Shown: positions 1-9,501 of the stretch, piece by piece
How positions within the stretch are numbered: position 1 is the first letter of the stretch
How the letters are laid out: the number at the start of each line of letters is the position of its first letter
Source: an uncultured virus (IMG/VR IMGVR_UViG_3300042261_000615)
Taxonomy: Duplodnaviria; Heunggongvirae; Uroviricota; Caudoviricetes
Virus record (IMG/VR): IMGVR_UViG_3300042261_000615
Direction: 5' to 3' (one strand)
DNA length: 64,000 bases
The notes under the pieces: model-generated
Told to the model about the DNA's origin: nothing
The model's input: only the letters and a program-made list of their open reading frames with translations
Databases searched by the model: none
Made by a program: the position numbers and the translations under genes

Positions 1-312
1 ATCAACCCATTTTCTTTTACCTGTTTTCGATGAATCGGCTCTCGACGGTGCTGATAAAATAGATACATTCTTATTTTTAATATAATTCCACAAAGTTTTC
101 CCTTCCGACATCCAACGCATTGATGTCCAAAATGCTTCACCCCCCTTACCAACAACTGCCCAAAATTCAGCAGGGGTCCGTGTTTTATCAAATTCATCGG
201 GGGAAATCCCTCCCGAATAGTGTTTGAATTGACCATCGAAATCAGTCAGTACACCATCTAAGTCACAGTAGATTTTATATTCTACATCATCCATAAGTTC
301 TTTTAGTTTCAT
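1..312 (-). CDS. HAD-family 5'(3')-deoxyribonucleotidase-like protein (runs off the window)
   Basis: Manual translation MKLKELMDDVEYKIYCDLDGVLTDFDG...ILSAPSR...GKRKWVD; DxDGV HAD motif I; not in the ORF track because it is truncated. Confidence 0.75.
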   Translation of the reverse strand, partial: MKLKELMDDVEYKIYCDLDGVLTDFDGQFKHYSGGISPDEFDKTRTPAEFWAVVGKGGEAFWTSMRWMSEGKTLWNYIKNKNVSILSAPSRADSSKTGKRKWVD

Positions 313-316
313 ATTG

Positions 317-1084
317 TTAAAATTGAAAAAATTCGTTTGATTTACTAATGTTATGATTATTTATTCGGTCCACACTTAAATCATAATAATGGGTGTCCAA
401 CTCCATACATATATAGTTTCGGTTTGTATTTATTGCGGCGATTGCAGTTGTACCACTACCAGACGTGTTATCTAATATCGTTTCACCTTCATTACTATAT
501 GTTCGTATCAACCATTCTAAACAATCTATACTTTTTTCTGTCCGATGAAGTGCTACACTTGAATGTGGTTTTTGGAAAGATATTATTGATTTTGGATATT
601 TTTTAGTCGTTTCAGTATCAGTAACCGACGGTTCAAATTTACCATAATTCTTATTATTTACATCTTTTTGTAGAAACTTTTTACCCTGATTATGCGATGG
701 TAATCCATTTGTAAATTGAGGGTTGTATGTTCCCAACTTTTTGTAAAATATAGCAATTTGTTCATGCACTCTCAATGGCATCCGTTTTGCATTTAGAAAC
801 CCACTTGTCAGTTTTTTATCCCAAACTAAATCATACTTAAACATCTTTCTATTCGATTGTACCAAATCTACATAAAATAACCCCTGAGCGAATAAAGCAA
901 TAACACCCGTATCCTTTATTATCCTCTCATAGTGTTGCCATAACGTATCAAATGGTAGGGTTATATCCTTTTTATTAGAAGTAACACCATACGGCAAATC
1001 GCATAAAATCATATCAATACTACCATCGGAAATATCTTTCATCAATTCCAAGCAATCACCGTGATATATTTTGTTTATTTCCAT
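317..1084 (-). CDS. N6-adenine/N4-cytosine DNA methyltransferase (beta class)
   Basis: GDCLELM, motif IV DLPY, HRTEK, motif I DNTSGSGTT, MELD. Confidence 0.9.
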   Translation of the reverse strand: MEINKIYHGDCLELMKDISDGSIDMILCDLPYGVTSNKKDITLPFDTLWQHYERIIKDTGVIALFAQGLFYVDLVQSNRKMFKYDLVWDKKLTSGFLNAKRMPLRVHEQIAIFYKKLGTYNPQFTNGLPSHNQGKKFLQKDVNNKNYGKFEPSVTDTETTKKYPKSIISFQKPHSSVALHRTEKSIDCLEWLIRTYSNEGETILDNTSGSGTTAIAAINTNRNYICMELDTHYYDLSVDRINNHNISKSNEFFQF

Positions 1085-1085
1085 A

Positions 1086-1937
1086 TTAAAATGCGAAAAA
1101 TTTACTAGCCTCTCGTTTTACACTTACAACACTTCCCCAATTTACACAATCGTAGAAATCTTGAAGTTTTTCAGTCAATTCACTATCCAATATTCGGTTA
1201 TGGTCTATATATGTTGTTATAAATTCCATAATCTCAGATGGATCATTATCACCCTTAAATGCCAATGCATCGATACCAAGTGGATTAGATTTCAAATATG
1301 CCCATTTGACCTTATCACCACTCCTAAGAGGTTCATACTTAAACGCACAATTAAAATGCTTCAAACAATCATTATAAAGTATTGCCGCTTTTACATGGGC
1401 AGGAGTACCTTTTTCCAAACTAAACGGTTGTCTTTTTTTGGGCATATATTTTGACATATCCTTTACAGCTGAATTCTTAGATATATCCACTACATTCATA
1501 CTCTTCATATTCGATCTAAAATCAGATATAATGTCTGTAACTTCATCTTCGGTTTTACCTTTCAATATACTAATCAAAACATCAGCCATTACTTTTTGAA
1601 ACGCTTTAGGAAATGAAGATCTCTTTACATCCAACCCCTTAACATCCAATTCATCCTTTGCTATACCATTTTCAGCAATAATCCATTGAGCATATCGTTT
1701 CTTCGATACCCACAAACCGCTACGAGATACAAACTCTTTCTTAATCTGAAAACGGTGGTTCTCTTTTGGTACATTAAATATACGTTCCGATAACAAATCG
1801 TAAAAATTATTAAGAAAATCCTGCGTTTCACCCGCAATACCATCCACTAGTTGTACAATATCCTCAATAGATTTATCTCTCCAATTATCATAACGATGGT
1901 CTAATAACGGAACTGCGCTAAAAAATACGGAATCCAT
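1086..1937 (-). CDS. Family-B DNA polymerase, C-terminal piece (second half of motif C, palm and thumb)
   Basis: Begins MDSVFF; KKRYA, VKGLDVKRSS, TPAHVKAA typical of gp43-like polymerases. Confidence 0.9.
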   Translation of the reverse strand: MDSVFFSAVPLLDHRYDNWRDKSIEDIVQLVDGIAGETQDFLNNFYDLLSERIFNVPKENHRFQIKKEFVSRSGLWVSKKRYAQWIIAENGIAKDELDVKGLDVKRSSFPKAFQKVMADVLISILKGKTEDEVTDIISDFRSNMKSMNVVDISKNSAVKDMSKYMPKKRQPFSLEKGTPAHVKAAILYNDCLKHFNCAFKYEPLRSGDKVKWAYLKSNPLGIDALAFKGDNDPSEIMEFITTYIDHNRILDSELTEKLQDFYDCVNWGSVVSVKREASKFFAF

Positions 1938-2021
1938 CTACGTGTCAATGTAGATGTTGAAGTCTATTCGACCCTCAGCATCTACATTGACAGTACCCTT
2001 TCTTATACTTTTAATTTTCAT
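1938..2021 (-). CDS. 27-aa middle piece of the family-B polymerase, MKIKSIRKGTVNVDAEGRIDFNIYIDT, in frame with the C-terminal piece and separated only by TAG
   Basis: Manual translation ...TAC ATT GAC ACG TAG ATG GAT TCC; YIDT plus DSVF rebuilds motif C; own upstream promoter. Confidence 0.8.
   Translation of the reverse strand: MKIKSIRKGTVNVDAEGRIDFNIYIDT
1943..1992. repeat. 14-bp perfect inverted repeat (extended RNA hairpin) inside the polymerase mini-ORF
   Basis: tgtcaatgtagatg (1943-1956) and catctacattgaca (1979-1992); the inner segment pairs further around a GAAUA loop. Confidence 0.9.
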
Positions 2022-2046
2022 TTATATTATTTTAATTAGTTTACTA

Positions 2047-2078
2047 CAAAGATACGAGAATTATTCCGAATAATCAAA
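2047..2078 (-). promoter_or_regulatory. Bacteroidota-type housekeeping promoter for the downstream polymerase pieces
   Basis: Minus strand TTTG-N20-TATCTTTG. Confidence 0.75.
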
Positions 2079-2918
2079 TATTTTAACATTTAATTTTTCA
2101 TCTATTCTAATAAATTTACATTTTAATTGATTACCGATTTCATTTTGACGAATTAAATCTCTTTCGGGCATGTCACCCCTACTATGATATTTTTCATCAA
2201 ACTCTATAACTACATTATTATCAATATCATAACCATCTACAATATATGTGGTATTTGGGATATGGTACTCACCACCGTTCTCAGCATGTTGGAACTCATA
2301 TCCGTTTTCTTCTGCATATTGTTCTATAATTGGTATTGATTTTTTATTGTAAGCAGTACATGTACCTTGCCTTATAACTCTATTTATAGCAGATTGCTTC
2401 ATTTTTTCTAATTCTTCGGGACGTTTTTTTCGTTTATAATTTCCCGATTTTTCCCCTATACAAATTTTTTTTTGAGTTACAGCATCGTTCATACTATCTG
2501 CTATTTCTTTACCATATAGTGTAACCCATTTTTCATAATAAGATGTACCATACATTGGGTTTTTTTCACCAGAATTACCTCGTTTTTTGTTATATTCAAC
2601 CCATTGTTCATAATCCCAACCGTATCTGTCTCGTTTATACTCAAATGAATTAGAATAAGACTGTTTTTCTTTATATATTTGCCATTTAATTTCACCATCA
2701 ATTTGACCATATTTGGATATCATATTATCCAATGTATTTGATCTACGATTTTGATATTCGGATTTGGCTTTGATTGCATCATCTTTAGATAATCCTTTAT
2801 ACAAATGAAAATACTCAAATGTACCAGGGGTTCTACTCAGCCGCATTTGTTCAGCTTCGGTTTCAGTATACCCGATATCAATCCAATGTTTTAATGTTCG
2901 TGCGCTTCCTTTTCCCAT
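2061..2918 (-). mobile_element. Free-standing homing endonuclease (Vsr/DUF559-like PD-(D/E)XK) between the polymerase pieces
   Basis: C-terminal VDGYD...VIEFDEKYH...RD; KYG-type repeats and NUMOD3-like GEKNPMYG; upstream TATTTATA at 2951-2958. Confidence 0.8.
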
Positions 2919-2974
2919 AATTTATATATAGATATGTTAGTGTATCCATATATAAATATAAGAAATTTAATTAT

Positions 2975-4744
2975 TTAGGCGATAAAATCATCACTTTCTA
3001 ACAAATCTTTTGCTAAAATTTCCTGTAATATACCATCTCGCTTTATAGAAACTTTACTATTTGGGTATTTAGTAATTTCGCTACCATTATCCAATGTAAT
3101 TATAATAGGAGTACCACCAAGTTCCATATTATATTTGGCATTAGCCATAGCTGCAGTAGATTTAATAACCTCCTGCCCCGTAAGTGTTACGGCTTCGGCA
3201 TTTGAAATATTATAGAACCTAAAAGCCGGGAGCCCCATGACGCCATATAAGCTATTGAGCAAAATCTTCTGTACTAACTGACGTTTTTTATAAAAAGTGT
3301 ATTTATCTTTATCACCGGCCAATCCAAATTGTTTTTCCAATTTTCTAAACTCAACACGTTGTTTGAACCAAGTATCCAAAATATCGGGAATACAACCAAC
3401 TTTATCGGTTCTGTACATAACACCATTTGATGCAACCGAATACTTTTCGGTTGTTATCATACGTTTTAGATTTTCAGCCGATATGATATTTTGACCAATA
3501 TGATATTCCGAAACTTTACCATTTATAAAATCGGATGCGTTCCAATTCTCAATCTTACCAATAAGAGTCTCGGGGCTAATATTAATGGTCATAATAATGG
3601 ATGGATACAGCGATGTTAAGTCCAAGTCATAAATCCACTCATACTTACCAGCTATGGGATCCTTAACATACGCTCCGATGAACTTTTCATCACCATTTTC
3701 ACGTAAGGCTTCCATTCGTTCTTGTCTATCAGCAGGTTTATTGGGTGCTACTAAATTCTTTCTTCTCAGATAAGTCAAAATAGCCCCCTCCAAATACTTC
3801 GATGAATATACAAAATCCTCATATGGTACATGACCAACGTGACATATCGCACGTGCCAAATCAATGAATTGTAACTTATTATTGAGTGCCACAACCAAAT
3901 CAACGTCCACTTTGTTGTATTCAATAAACTTTTCAATATCGTCCCTAAACAATTGGTCAAGATTTCCAGTATATTCAACCTTACCACGCTTCAACTCAAT
4001 ATTAGAAATAGTATCCAACCGATAATTCGGTAGTTCGGTGTAGGTATATGTTTTGTACAAATCAATGTAGTCCATATATGATACACCAGCTATAAAATAT
4101 CGTGTACGATACGGACTCCAAAAACACTGACCAATTGGTGATAATCTATTTGCATGTTGTTCACCCAACACATTCTTAATACGATTATACAACATCGGTG
4201 TATCGAACTTGTCTATATTCCACCCCGTTACAATTGTGGGATTGATCATTTCATATAAATCTAAATAACCCAAAAGTAGTTCAGCTTCACTACGATATGG
4301 TATTACTTTAGCACTTGCGGTATCACGTTCGACCATATCACCTTTAGCATCCAAAACCAATACATAATATTGGTCGGTTGCTGAATCGTGTACAGCAATA
4401 GATGTTATTGTATTTTGAGCTTTCTGAACATCTGGCAATCCACTCTCCATCTCAACTTCAATATCATATGTAAGTATGACATGACCATCCGATGAATCAT
4501 CAGAATCGGTGTATAAATCAATTAAAGCCCGTGTTGTTTCAGGAACATCCGATTCAAACAATTCAGGATCATCCTTTTTGAATTTGTAAATTTTATTCAG
4601 TCTATCACCATAAATTGATAGATATTGGCCACCTGCTGATTTTTCATAAGCATACCGTGTATATGGGAAAGAAAAGTACCCCTTCACACTATCCCACACA
4701 TGCATTAAGTTTCGTTCTCGTTGATAATAAATACTGCGATACAT
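2975..4744 (-). CDS. Family-B DNA polymerase, N-terminal piece (3'-5' exonuclease, motifs A and B)
   Basis: YDIEV, TGWNIDKFD, YNKVDV, DLDLTSLYPS, KILLNSLYG; ends before motif C. Confidence 0.95.
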   Translation of the reverse strand: MYRSIYYQRERNLMHVWDSVKGYFSFPYTRYAYEKSAGGQYLSIYGDRLNKIYKFKKDDPELFESDVPETTRALIDLYTDSDDSSDGHVILTYDIEVEMESGLPDVQKAQNTITSIAVHDSATDQYYVLVLDAKGDMVERDTASAKVIPYRSEAELLLGYLDLYEMINPTIVTGWNIDKFDTPMLYNRIKNVLGEQHANRLSPIGQCFWSPYRTRYFIAGVSYMDYIDLYKTYTYTELPNYRLDTISNIELKRGKVEYTGNLDQLFRDDIEKFIEYNKVDVDLVVALNNKLQFIDLARAICHVGHVPYEDFVYSSKYLEGAILTYLRRKNLVAPNKPADRQERMEALRENGDEKFIGAYVKDPIAGKYEWIYDLDLTSLYPSIIMTINISPETLIGKIENWNASDFINGKVSEYHIGQNIISAENLKRMITTEKYSVASNGVMYRTDKVGCIPDILDTWFKQRVEFRKLEKQFGLAGDKDKYTFYKKRQLVQKILLNSLYGVMGLPAFRFYNISNAEAVTLTGQEVIKSTAAMANAKYNMELGGTPIIITLDNGSEITKYPNSKVSIKRDGILQEILAKDLLESDDFIA

Positions 4745-5847
4745 TATTGAATCTCCCTCACATTTTTAATAAAATTATTCTCAATATCCCAACTCTTCAA
4801 TTGGTTTTCCCATAAAAGTGATTGGGCTATTTCTGTTACATTCGGTCGTTCAATTTCACCATCAAATAATTTTACCACTTTTTCTTTGAATTCTTGCTTT
4901 GTTTTATATAGCAATGGGTATTCGTTTCCAACCATTTCTGGATAACACATACCATCTGGTAATAGATATGGTACACCTCTACTTAACCCATCTGTGGTAC
5001 TCATACTCCAAGCTGAATATTTCTGAAAACACCCTACTCCGAAATGGGCTTGTGATAGTTGATTCATATATACATCTCTGTCAGCATGGCCTATATATTT
5101 GGTATATGGTTTACCCATATCCTTCAATGTAGTCCAAACTTGAAAATCCTGACGTTCCTTCCACAATTCATCCATCGTTTCAAAAAACCATTCAGACCCA
5201 GTATACACATTATCTCTATGATTGAACACAACCGTCTTTGGCGTAAACCCATTGGATGGAGTTGCAGTATCACACCCCAAATACCAAGGTTGAATAATCT
5301 TATCCAATTTCTCTATAATATGCGGTTGGAATACTTCGCCGGCGCGTTTCAACACAAGTTGTTTTACCCATTCCGAATTTACACCACACACTTTCATATC
5401 AAGCATACCACGAATGTTTCGCCAAAATGAATTATCATCCCTAGCACCATTATCAGGAATTTCCCACCAATGACAATATCCAATTATTGGTTGGGTTTTA
5501 TTATAAATACGCGTTATCTTAAATTCGTGAGTCCACTCAGGTAGATGCGACCACACCATATTAAAATTACCCTCATCCAATAATTTATCAAAAAACCTAT
5601 GTGGATAATCAACCCGCATCTTAGGCGGAAAGGAATCAACCTTTCCCATCAATCTCAATTTTACGTTTGGATAATCAATCCAATTTATTATGCCGGGCAT
5701 ATTATCGCTCGGGTAAGGCAGAACCCACTCCCAAGTCTTACCAATTTCGGTATTATCTAAAAAAGATTTGAATACCAATAGAAACGAATCTCTATTGATA
5801 TCCTTTGCTCCAAAATTAGTGTAATTAGGTATTACAAGTACTTTCAT
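4744..5847 (-). CDS. GT-B fold glycosyltransferase, probably DNA-modifying
   Basis: VVFNHR, WSMSTTDGLSRGVPYLLP, CYPEMV resemble GT4-type C-terminal motifs; TAATG overlap with the polymerase start. Confidence 0.7.
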   Translation of the reverse strand: MKVLVIPNYTNFGAKDINRDSFLLVFKSFLDNTEIGKTWEWVLPYPSDNMPGIINWIDYPNVKLRLMGKVDSFPPKMRVDYPHRFFDKLLDEGNFNMVWSHLPEWTHEFKITRIYNKTQPIIGYCHWWEIPDNGARDDNSFWRNIRGMLDMKVCGVNSEWVKQLVLKRAGEVFQPHIIEKLDKIIQPWYLGCDTATPSNGFTPKTVVFNHRDNVYTGSEWFFETMDELWKERQDFQVWTTLKDMGKPYTKYIGHADRDVYMNQLSQAHFGVGCFQKYSAWSMSTTDGLSRGVPYLLPDGMCYPEMVGNEYPLLYKTKQEFKEKVVKLFDGEIERPNVTEIAQSLLWENQLKSWDIENNFIKNVREIQ

Positions 5848-5848
5848 A

Positions 5849-7621
5849 TTATGCAGTTAAATTTATTTCTATCATCTCATAAAGAGTATCGATACTTCTT
5901 TGTACTTTTCGTTTCATAGTATTATTGAGTGTGTGCAGCATACACTCATTTTTTTCAATAATGGTTTTCCAATATTCATTTGGTGTACAATTCCAATTTT
6001 TATATTTCTGATTACCATCTAAATTATCATCAATCATACCCAAAAACCCATCTTTAGCATCACCACCGATACTATTGGGTGTTTTGTGTAACCAATGCAA
6101 CCCATCACCATTAGAAATATTTATTTCGGTCAATATATCAGTAGATAGTGGAAATAATTTTAATTTAGGTAAAAACTCATTTTCTATACAAAATGCTGAT
6201 AATTTACTTATAACAGATTCTCTATACTTAGCCTCAACGTTTCTATCGTTACCTCTGTCTAATAACCAATTCTGAACTTCCTTTGGAACGTATTGAAACA
6301 ATTTTTCAGTACGTTGAATACCACTGGTGGATTTGTATATGGATGATTCCGTTCCAAAATAATTATAAACGGCAACACTAGACCCATTAAATTCAACACT
6401 GCCATTTAATAACTTAACATAATTATTAACAACTTGTTCAATAATAGTTGTCAATCCTTTTTTCTTATTACGTTCCTTAAACCAAAGGACAACACACACA
6501 AACCATATACCAGTATGAAATTTTTTAATTTGAAGGTCTTTCATAGCAGTTGTTTCCACCCCATCACAATGTTTTGTTACAATTAATTTAATAGTTTGTG
6601 CAATCGTATCCCATAACTCTGATAAAAATACAACTTTATAATTTTTGTTATAAAAATCAACCATTTCTTGATATGTTGTATCGTTTACCATTTTTTTAAA
6701 CATATTTGACCAGTAATCAGAAACATCAATATCATTATGATTATTAAATCTTATAATCATAAGATGCGCTTCTATAAGTTCATCCAATGTGGTACAATAC
6801 TTAGAAATACAATATGCAACATATATTGGAATTACTCTAGCCACTCTACGTGTTTCAGCATCAGTTTTATACCCATACATCAATTTACCCATAGAAAATC
6901 TAGCAGTTCCAACTTTATCAGAAAAATAATTTAGCAATTCAGACCCTAAAAATTGAGTCTTATATTGTTGAGTGAATTTTAAAGAAGTCATATAGAAATT
7001 ATAAGCCACCCACGGATTCGGTTGCTTATTACAATTAATCATATCTTTTTGATGTTGTTTGGTTGAGAATAGATTAACAACAAACGCAATTTCGGTAGAA
7101 TTGTAAGTAGCCAACGCATTAATTGAATTTTCCAATAATTCTTTCCACGAATATTTTAAATCCAATTGTGATTCACTAAGAGATTCTACAAATTGTTTCA
7201 ATGCATTTATAAAGGTTTGGTTTTGGATATCAACTTCATATTCAGTTATAATATCATCAAATAAATTCAGCCAGTCGTGGCCGGTTAAATACTTTGTATC
7301 AAAGTATTTACCGAACGCAAGAGCAAACATAGTACCATTATCACGTATAAGACCGTGCTTAGATGGATTATCTTTCAGAATAGAAACCATAAGTTGTCCT
7401 TTTTCCGATATACCAACCACATATCGAATCAAATGATTAACTTTTGACTTATATTGGTCTATGGTATCCAAATCTTCATCTCTGTTAGATTCATTATCCA
7501 ATATACCGCTATCTATAAGAGTTTTACACTCCGAGAAAGAAGCCGTACCAAGTTTTCGCATTAAAATACTCGGTTGATACTTATTTTCCCCAACATATTT
7601 AATTGCATCGTGTAACGTCAT
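5849..7621 (-). CDS. 590-aa protein, possibly a diverged DUF262(ParB-like)/HNH GmrSD-like protein
   Basis: Weak motif resemblance: ESNRD, IRDNGT, INCN, and C-terminal HWLHKTPNSIGG...DDN. Confidence 0.4.
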   Translation of the reverse strand: MTLHDAIKYVGENKYQPSILMRKLGTASFSECKTLIDSGILDNESNRDEDLDTIDQYKSKVNHLIRYVVGISEKGQLMVSILKDNPSKHGLIRDNGTMFALAFGKYFDTKYLTGHDWLNLFDDIITEYEVDIQNQTFINALKQFVESLSESQLDLKYSWKELLENSINALATYNSTEIAFVVNLFSTKQHQKDMINCNKQPNPWVAYNFYMTSLKFTQQYKTQFLGSELLNYFSDKVGTARFSMGKLMYGYKTDAETRRVARVIPIYVAYCISKYCTTLDELIEAHLMIIRFNNHNDIDVSDYWSNMFKKMVNDTTYQEMVDFYNKNYKVVFLSELWDTIAQTIKLIVTKHCDGVETTAMKDLQIKKFHTGIWFVCVVLWFKERNKKKGLTTIIEQVVNNYVKLLNGSVEFNGSSVAVYNYFGTESSIYKSTSGIQRTEKLFQYVPKEVQNWLLDRGNDRNVEAKYRESVISKLSAFCIENEFLPKLKLFPLSTDILTEINISNGDGLHWLHKTPNSIGGDAKDGFLGMIDDNLDGNQKYKNWNCTPNEYWKTIIEKNECMLHTLNNTMKRKVQRSIDTLYEMIEINLTA

Positions 7622-7660
7622 AATTTACTTTTTAAATTTATTATTACCAAAGTTATATTA

Positions 7661-7691
7661 CAAAAATACAAATAATTTTTTAATTATCAAA
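7661..7691 (-). promoter_or_regulatory. Bacteroidota-type promoter
   Basis: TTTG-N19-TATTTTTG upstream of the 590-aa ORF. Confidence 0.6.
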
Positions 7692-7713
7692 ATTTATTAA
7701 TCATTTTCAACAA

Positions 7714-8517
7714 TCACCAAAACGATACTGAAAGGCTATCTTCGGGTGGAAATGTTTCGTGATATGTGATATTAGCATCATATACCGCATTATCTTTTGG
7801 GTATGGTTTCAAAGCATGCTTGATGTTCTTCATCAGTTCCTTCTTCTCACGCTTATCACCAACTATAATCTGAACATACCGATGTTTTGGTGGTTCTAAT
7901 CGTCTCCAGAACCCAGCATACCCCTCTTTACCAATCTCTCTTTTTAAATGGTCTAAGTTATTACTACCCCACAATGAATAAACAGTTCTGCTGTGAATCC
8001 ATTTGTAAGGATTTTCTTGCACAGATATCCCGTAATTCGGCATTAACGCGATTTCATCGCTCGTACCCGTATATTGCCAATTGGTAGCCTGATAAATCTT
8101 ACCTAAATGCTCTTGCCCAACATCAGCGTATGATATCAATGCTTTAATATTTTTGTCATTTTCTCTCAACCATTTGAAAGTTTGCCCAATTGCATATGAT
8201 TCAATATTAGAACCATATCCATCATCAATATATAATCGTGTAAGTTCCAATACATTATCTTTTGTCAGACCATCACTAATAGATGTGGGGGCTTTTGCAC
8301 CAACTGGGAATCCGTAGATAGCACACCCAATTAACTTATCCGTATCGCCTAATATATTAACCTCATCGGTTTTATAGAACACCCCTATGGCGTAACGGCA
8401 CGCGGACCATGCGTGGGTATAGTGTTTTTCTACAATAATTTTTTTAGCAGTATCTTTGGATATGGGTGCAACATAAACTCTGCTCACATCGCAATACTCT
8501 TTTCCTTCTTCACGCAT
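7714..8517 (-). CDS. Mom-like GNAT-fold DNA base-modification protein, paralog 1
   Basis: IVEKHYTH, VLELTRLY, ALISYAD, HLGKIYQATNWQYTG. Confidence 0.8.
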   Translation of the reverse strand: MREEGKEYCDVSRVYVAPISKDTAKKIIVEKHYTHAWSACRYAIGVFYKTDEVNILGDTDKLIGCAIYGFPVGAKAPTSISDGLTKDNVLELTRLYIDDGYGSNIESYAIGQTFKWLRENDKNIKALISYADVGQEHLGKIYQATNWQYTGTSDEIALMPNYGISVQENPYKWIHSRTVYSLWGSNNLDHLKREIGKEGYAGFWRRLEPPKHRYVQIIVGDKREKKELMKNIKHALKPYPKDNAVYDANITYHETFPPEDSLSVSFW

Positions 8518-8532
8518 TACAATTTATTTTTA

Positions 8533-8563
8533 CAAATATACTATTTTTTTTTCAGATTGCAAA
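8533..8563 (-). promoter_or_regulatory. Bacteroidota-type promoter
   Basis: TTTG-N19-TATATTTG. Confidence 0.65.
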
Positions 8564-9316
8564 ATTTATTGGGTCTAATTTATAAATCTCGTCAGTATGT
8601 GTATCATTTAATTTTGGATATGGCTTTAATTCATGCTTCAAACTTTTTATTATACGTTTCCGACCACTGCCATTCGTTAAAATATATATATACCTATGCT
8701 TTCTGGGTTCTTTTTTTATCCAAAATGGTTTGTTTACCAAAGTTTGTATTATTTTGGGGTCATTAGTCCCATAGTACGGAAAAATTGTTCTACTATGTTG
8801 CCATTCACCATTTTCATCAAATCTAAATACCCACCCATCATTGAATCGTAACTTATTACCCTGATACATCCAATTCGTTGCCTGATACACTATACCCGTA
8901 TGACCAGCTTTTGGGTCTGAGTATGATATTAATGCCTTTATATGTGGTGCATGTTGTCGTAACCATTTGAAAGTCTGTCCAACGAACCAACTCTCAACAT
9001 TACTGCCATATCCATCAAATACAAATAAACGGGTCAGTTCTAATACAGATGTACGGTCCAATAGTGGTGAAATAGATTGTCCTGCGCTTCTACCAACCGG
9101 ATCCCCATAACAAGCAACCCCTATCAACTTTTCGTTTACGTTATCAAAGAATGGGTGATATTCATTATTCTCAATAAATAACCCAATTGCATAACTAACT
9201 TTAGTCCATAAGTGTGAATAATGGTTTGAAACTATAATTTGTCTAGCAGTACCTTTTGGTATCGCCCGTATGGATAATTTGGATGTATCGCAATACTGCT
9301 TTCCTTCTATTTTCAT
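8552..9316 (-). CDS. Mom-like GNAT-fold DNA base-modification protein, paralog 2
   Basis: IVSNHYSH, VLELTRLF, ALISYSD, HTGIVYQATNWMYQG. Confidence 0.8.
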   Translation of the reverse strand: MKIEGKQYCDTSKLSIRAIPKGTARQIIVSNHYSHLWTKVSYAIGLFIENNEYHPFFDNVNEKLIGVACYGDPVGRSAGQSISPLLDRTSVLELTRLFVFDGYGSNVESWFVGQTFKWLRQHAPHIKALISYSDPKAGHTGIVYQATNWMYQGNKLRFNDGWVFRFDENGEWQHSRTIFPYYGTNDPKIIQTLVNKPFWIKKEPRKHRYIYILTNGSGRKRIIKSLKHELKPYPKLNDTHTDEIYKLDPINFAI

Positions 9317-9321
9317 ATAAT

Positions 9322-9501
9322 CTATTTAAGATGTTTCCACGTTTTACGTTTCGTTATTTCGCGGATATTCCAAGAACTCACCTTAAAGTTTCTAGCAATA
9401 ACATTATCGGAAAACCCCTTTTCATGTAACTCTCGGATTTTCTTTACTTGTTCATTTGTCAATTTTGCTTTTGGGTGCATTTCCCCCCGCAATCCGCTCA
9501 T
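9322..9501 (-). CDS. Small helix-turn-helix protein resembling the DNA-binding tail of HNH endonucleases
   Basis: GEMHPKAKLTNEQVKKIR...IARNFKVS...KTWKHL; start set at the ATGA overlap. Confidence 0.65.
   Translation of the reverse strand: MSGLRGEMHPKAKLTNEQVKKIRELHEKGFSDNVIARNFKVSSWNIREITKRKTWKHLK

Noticed and set aside
1938..1940. Genome-wide TAG reassignment explaining the stop in the polymerase motif
   Set aside because: TAG ends genes at sensible positions (9322, 20895, 42666, 42856), long genes have no internal TAG, and recoding would still leave two extra residues in the motif.
2022..2974. Group I intron joining the polymerase pieces
   Set aside because: No P/Q/R/S elements, too little non-coding space, and the downstream piece has its own promoter and start.
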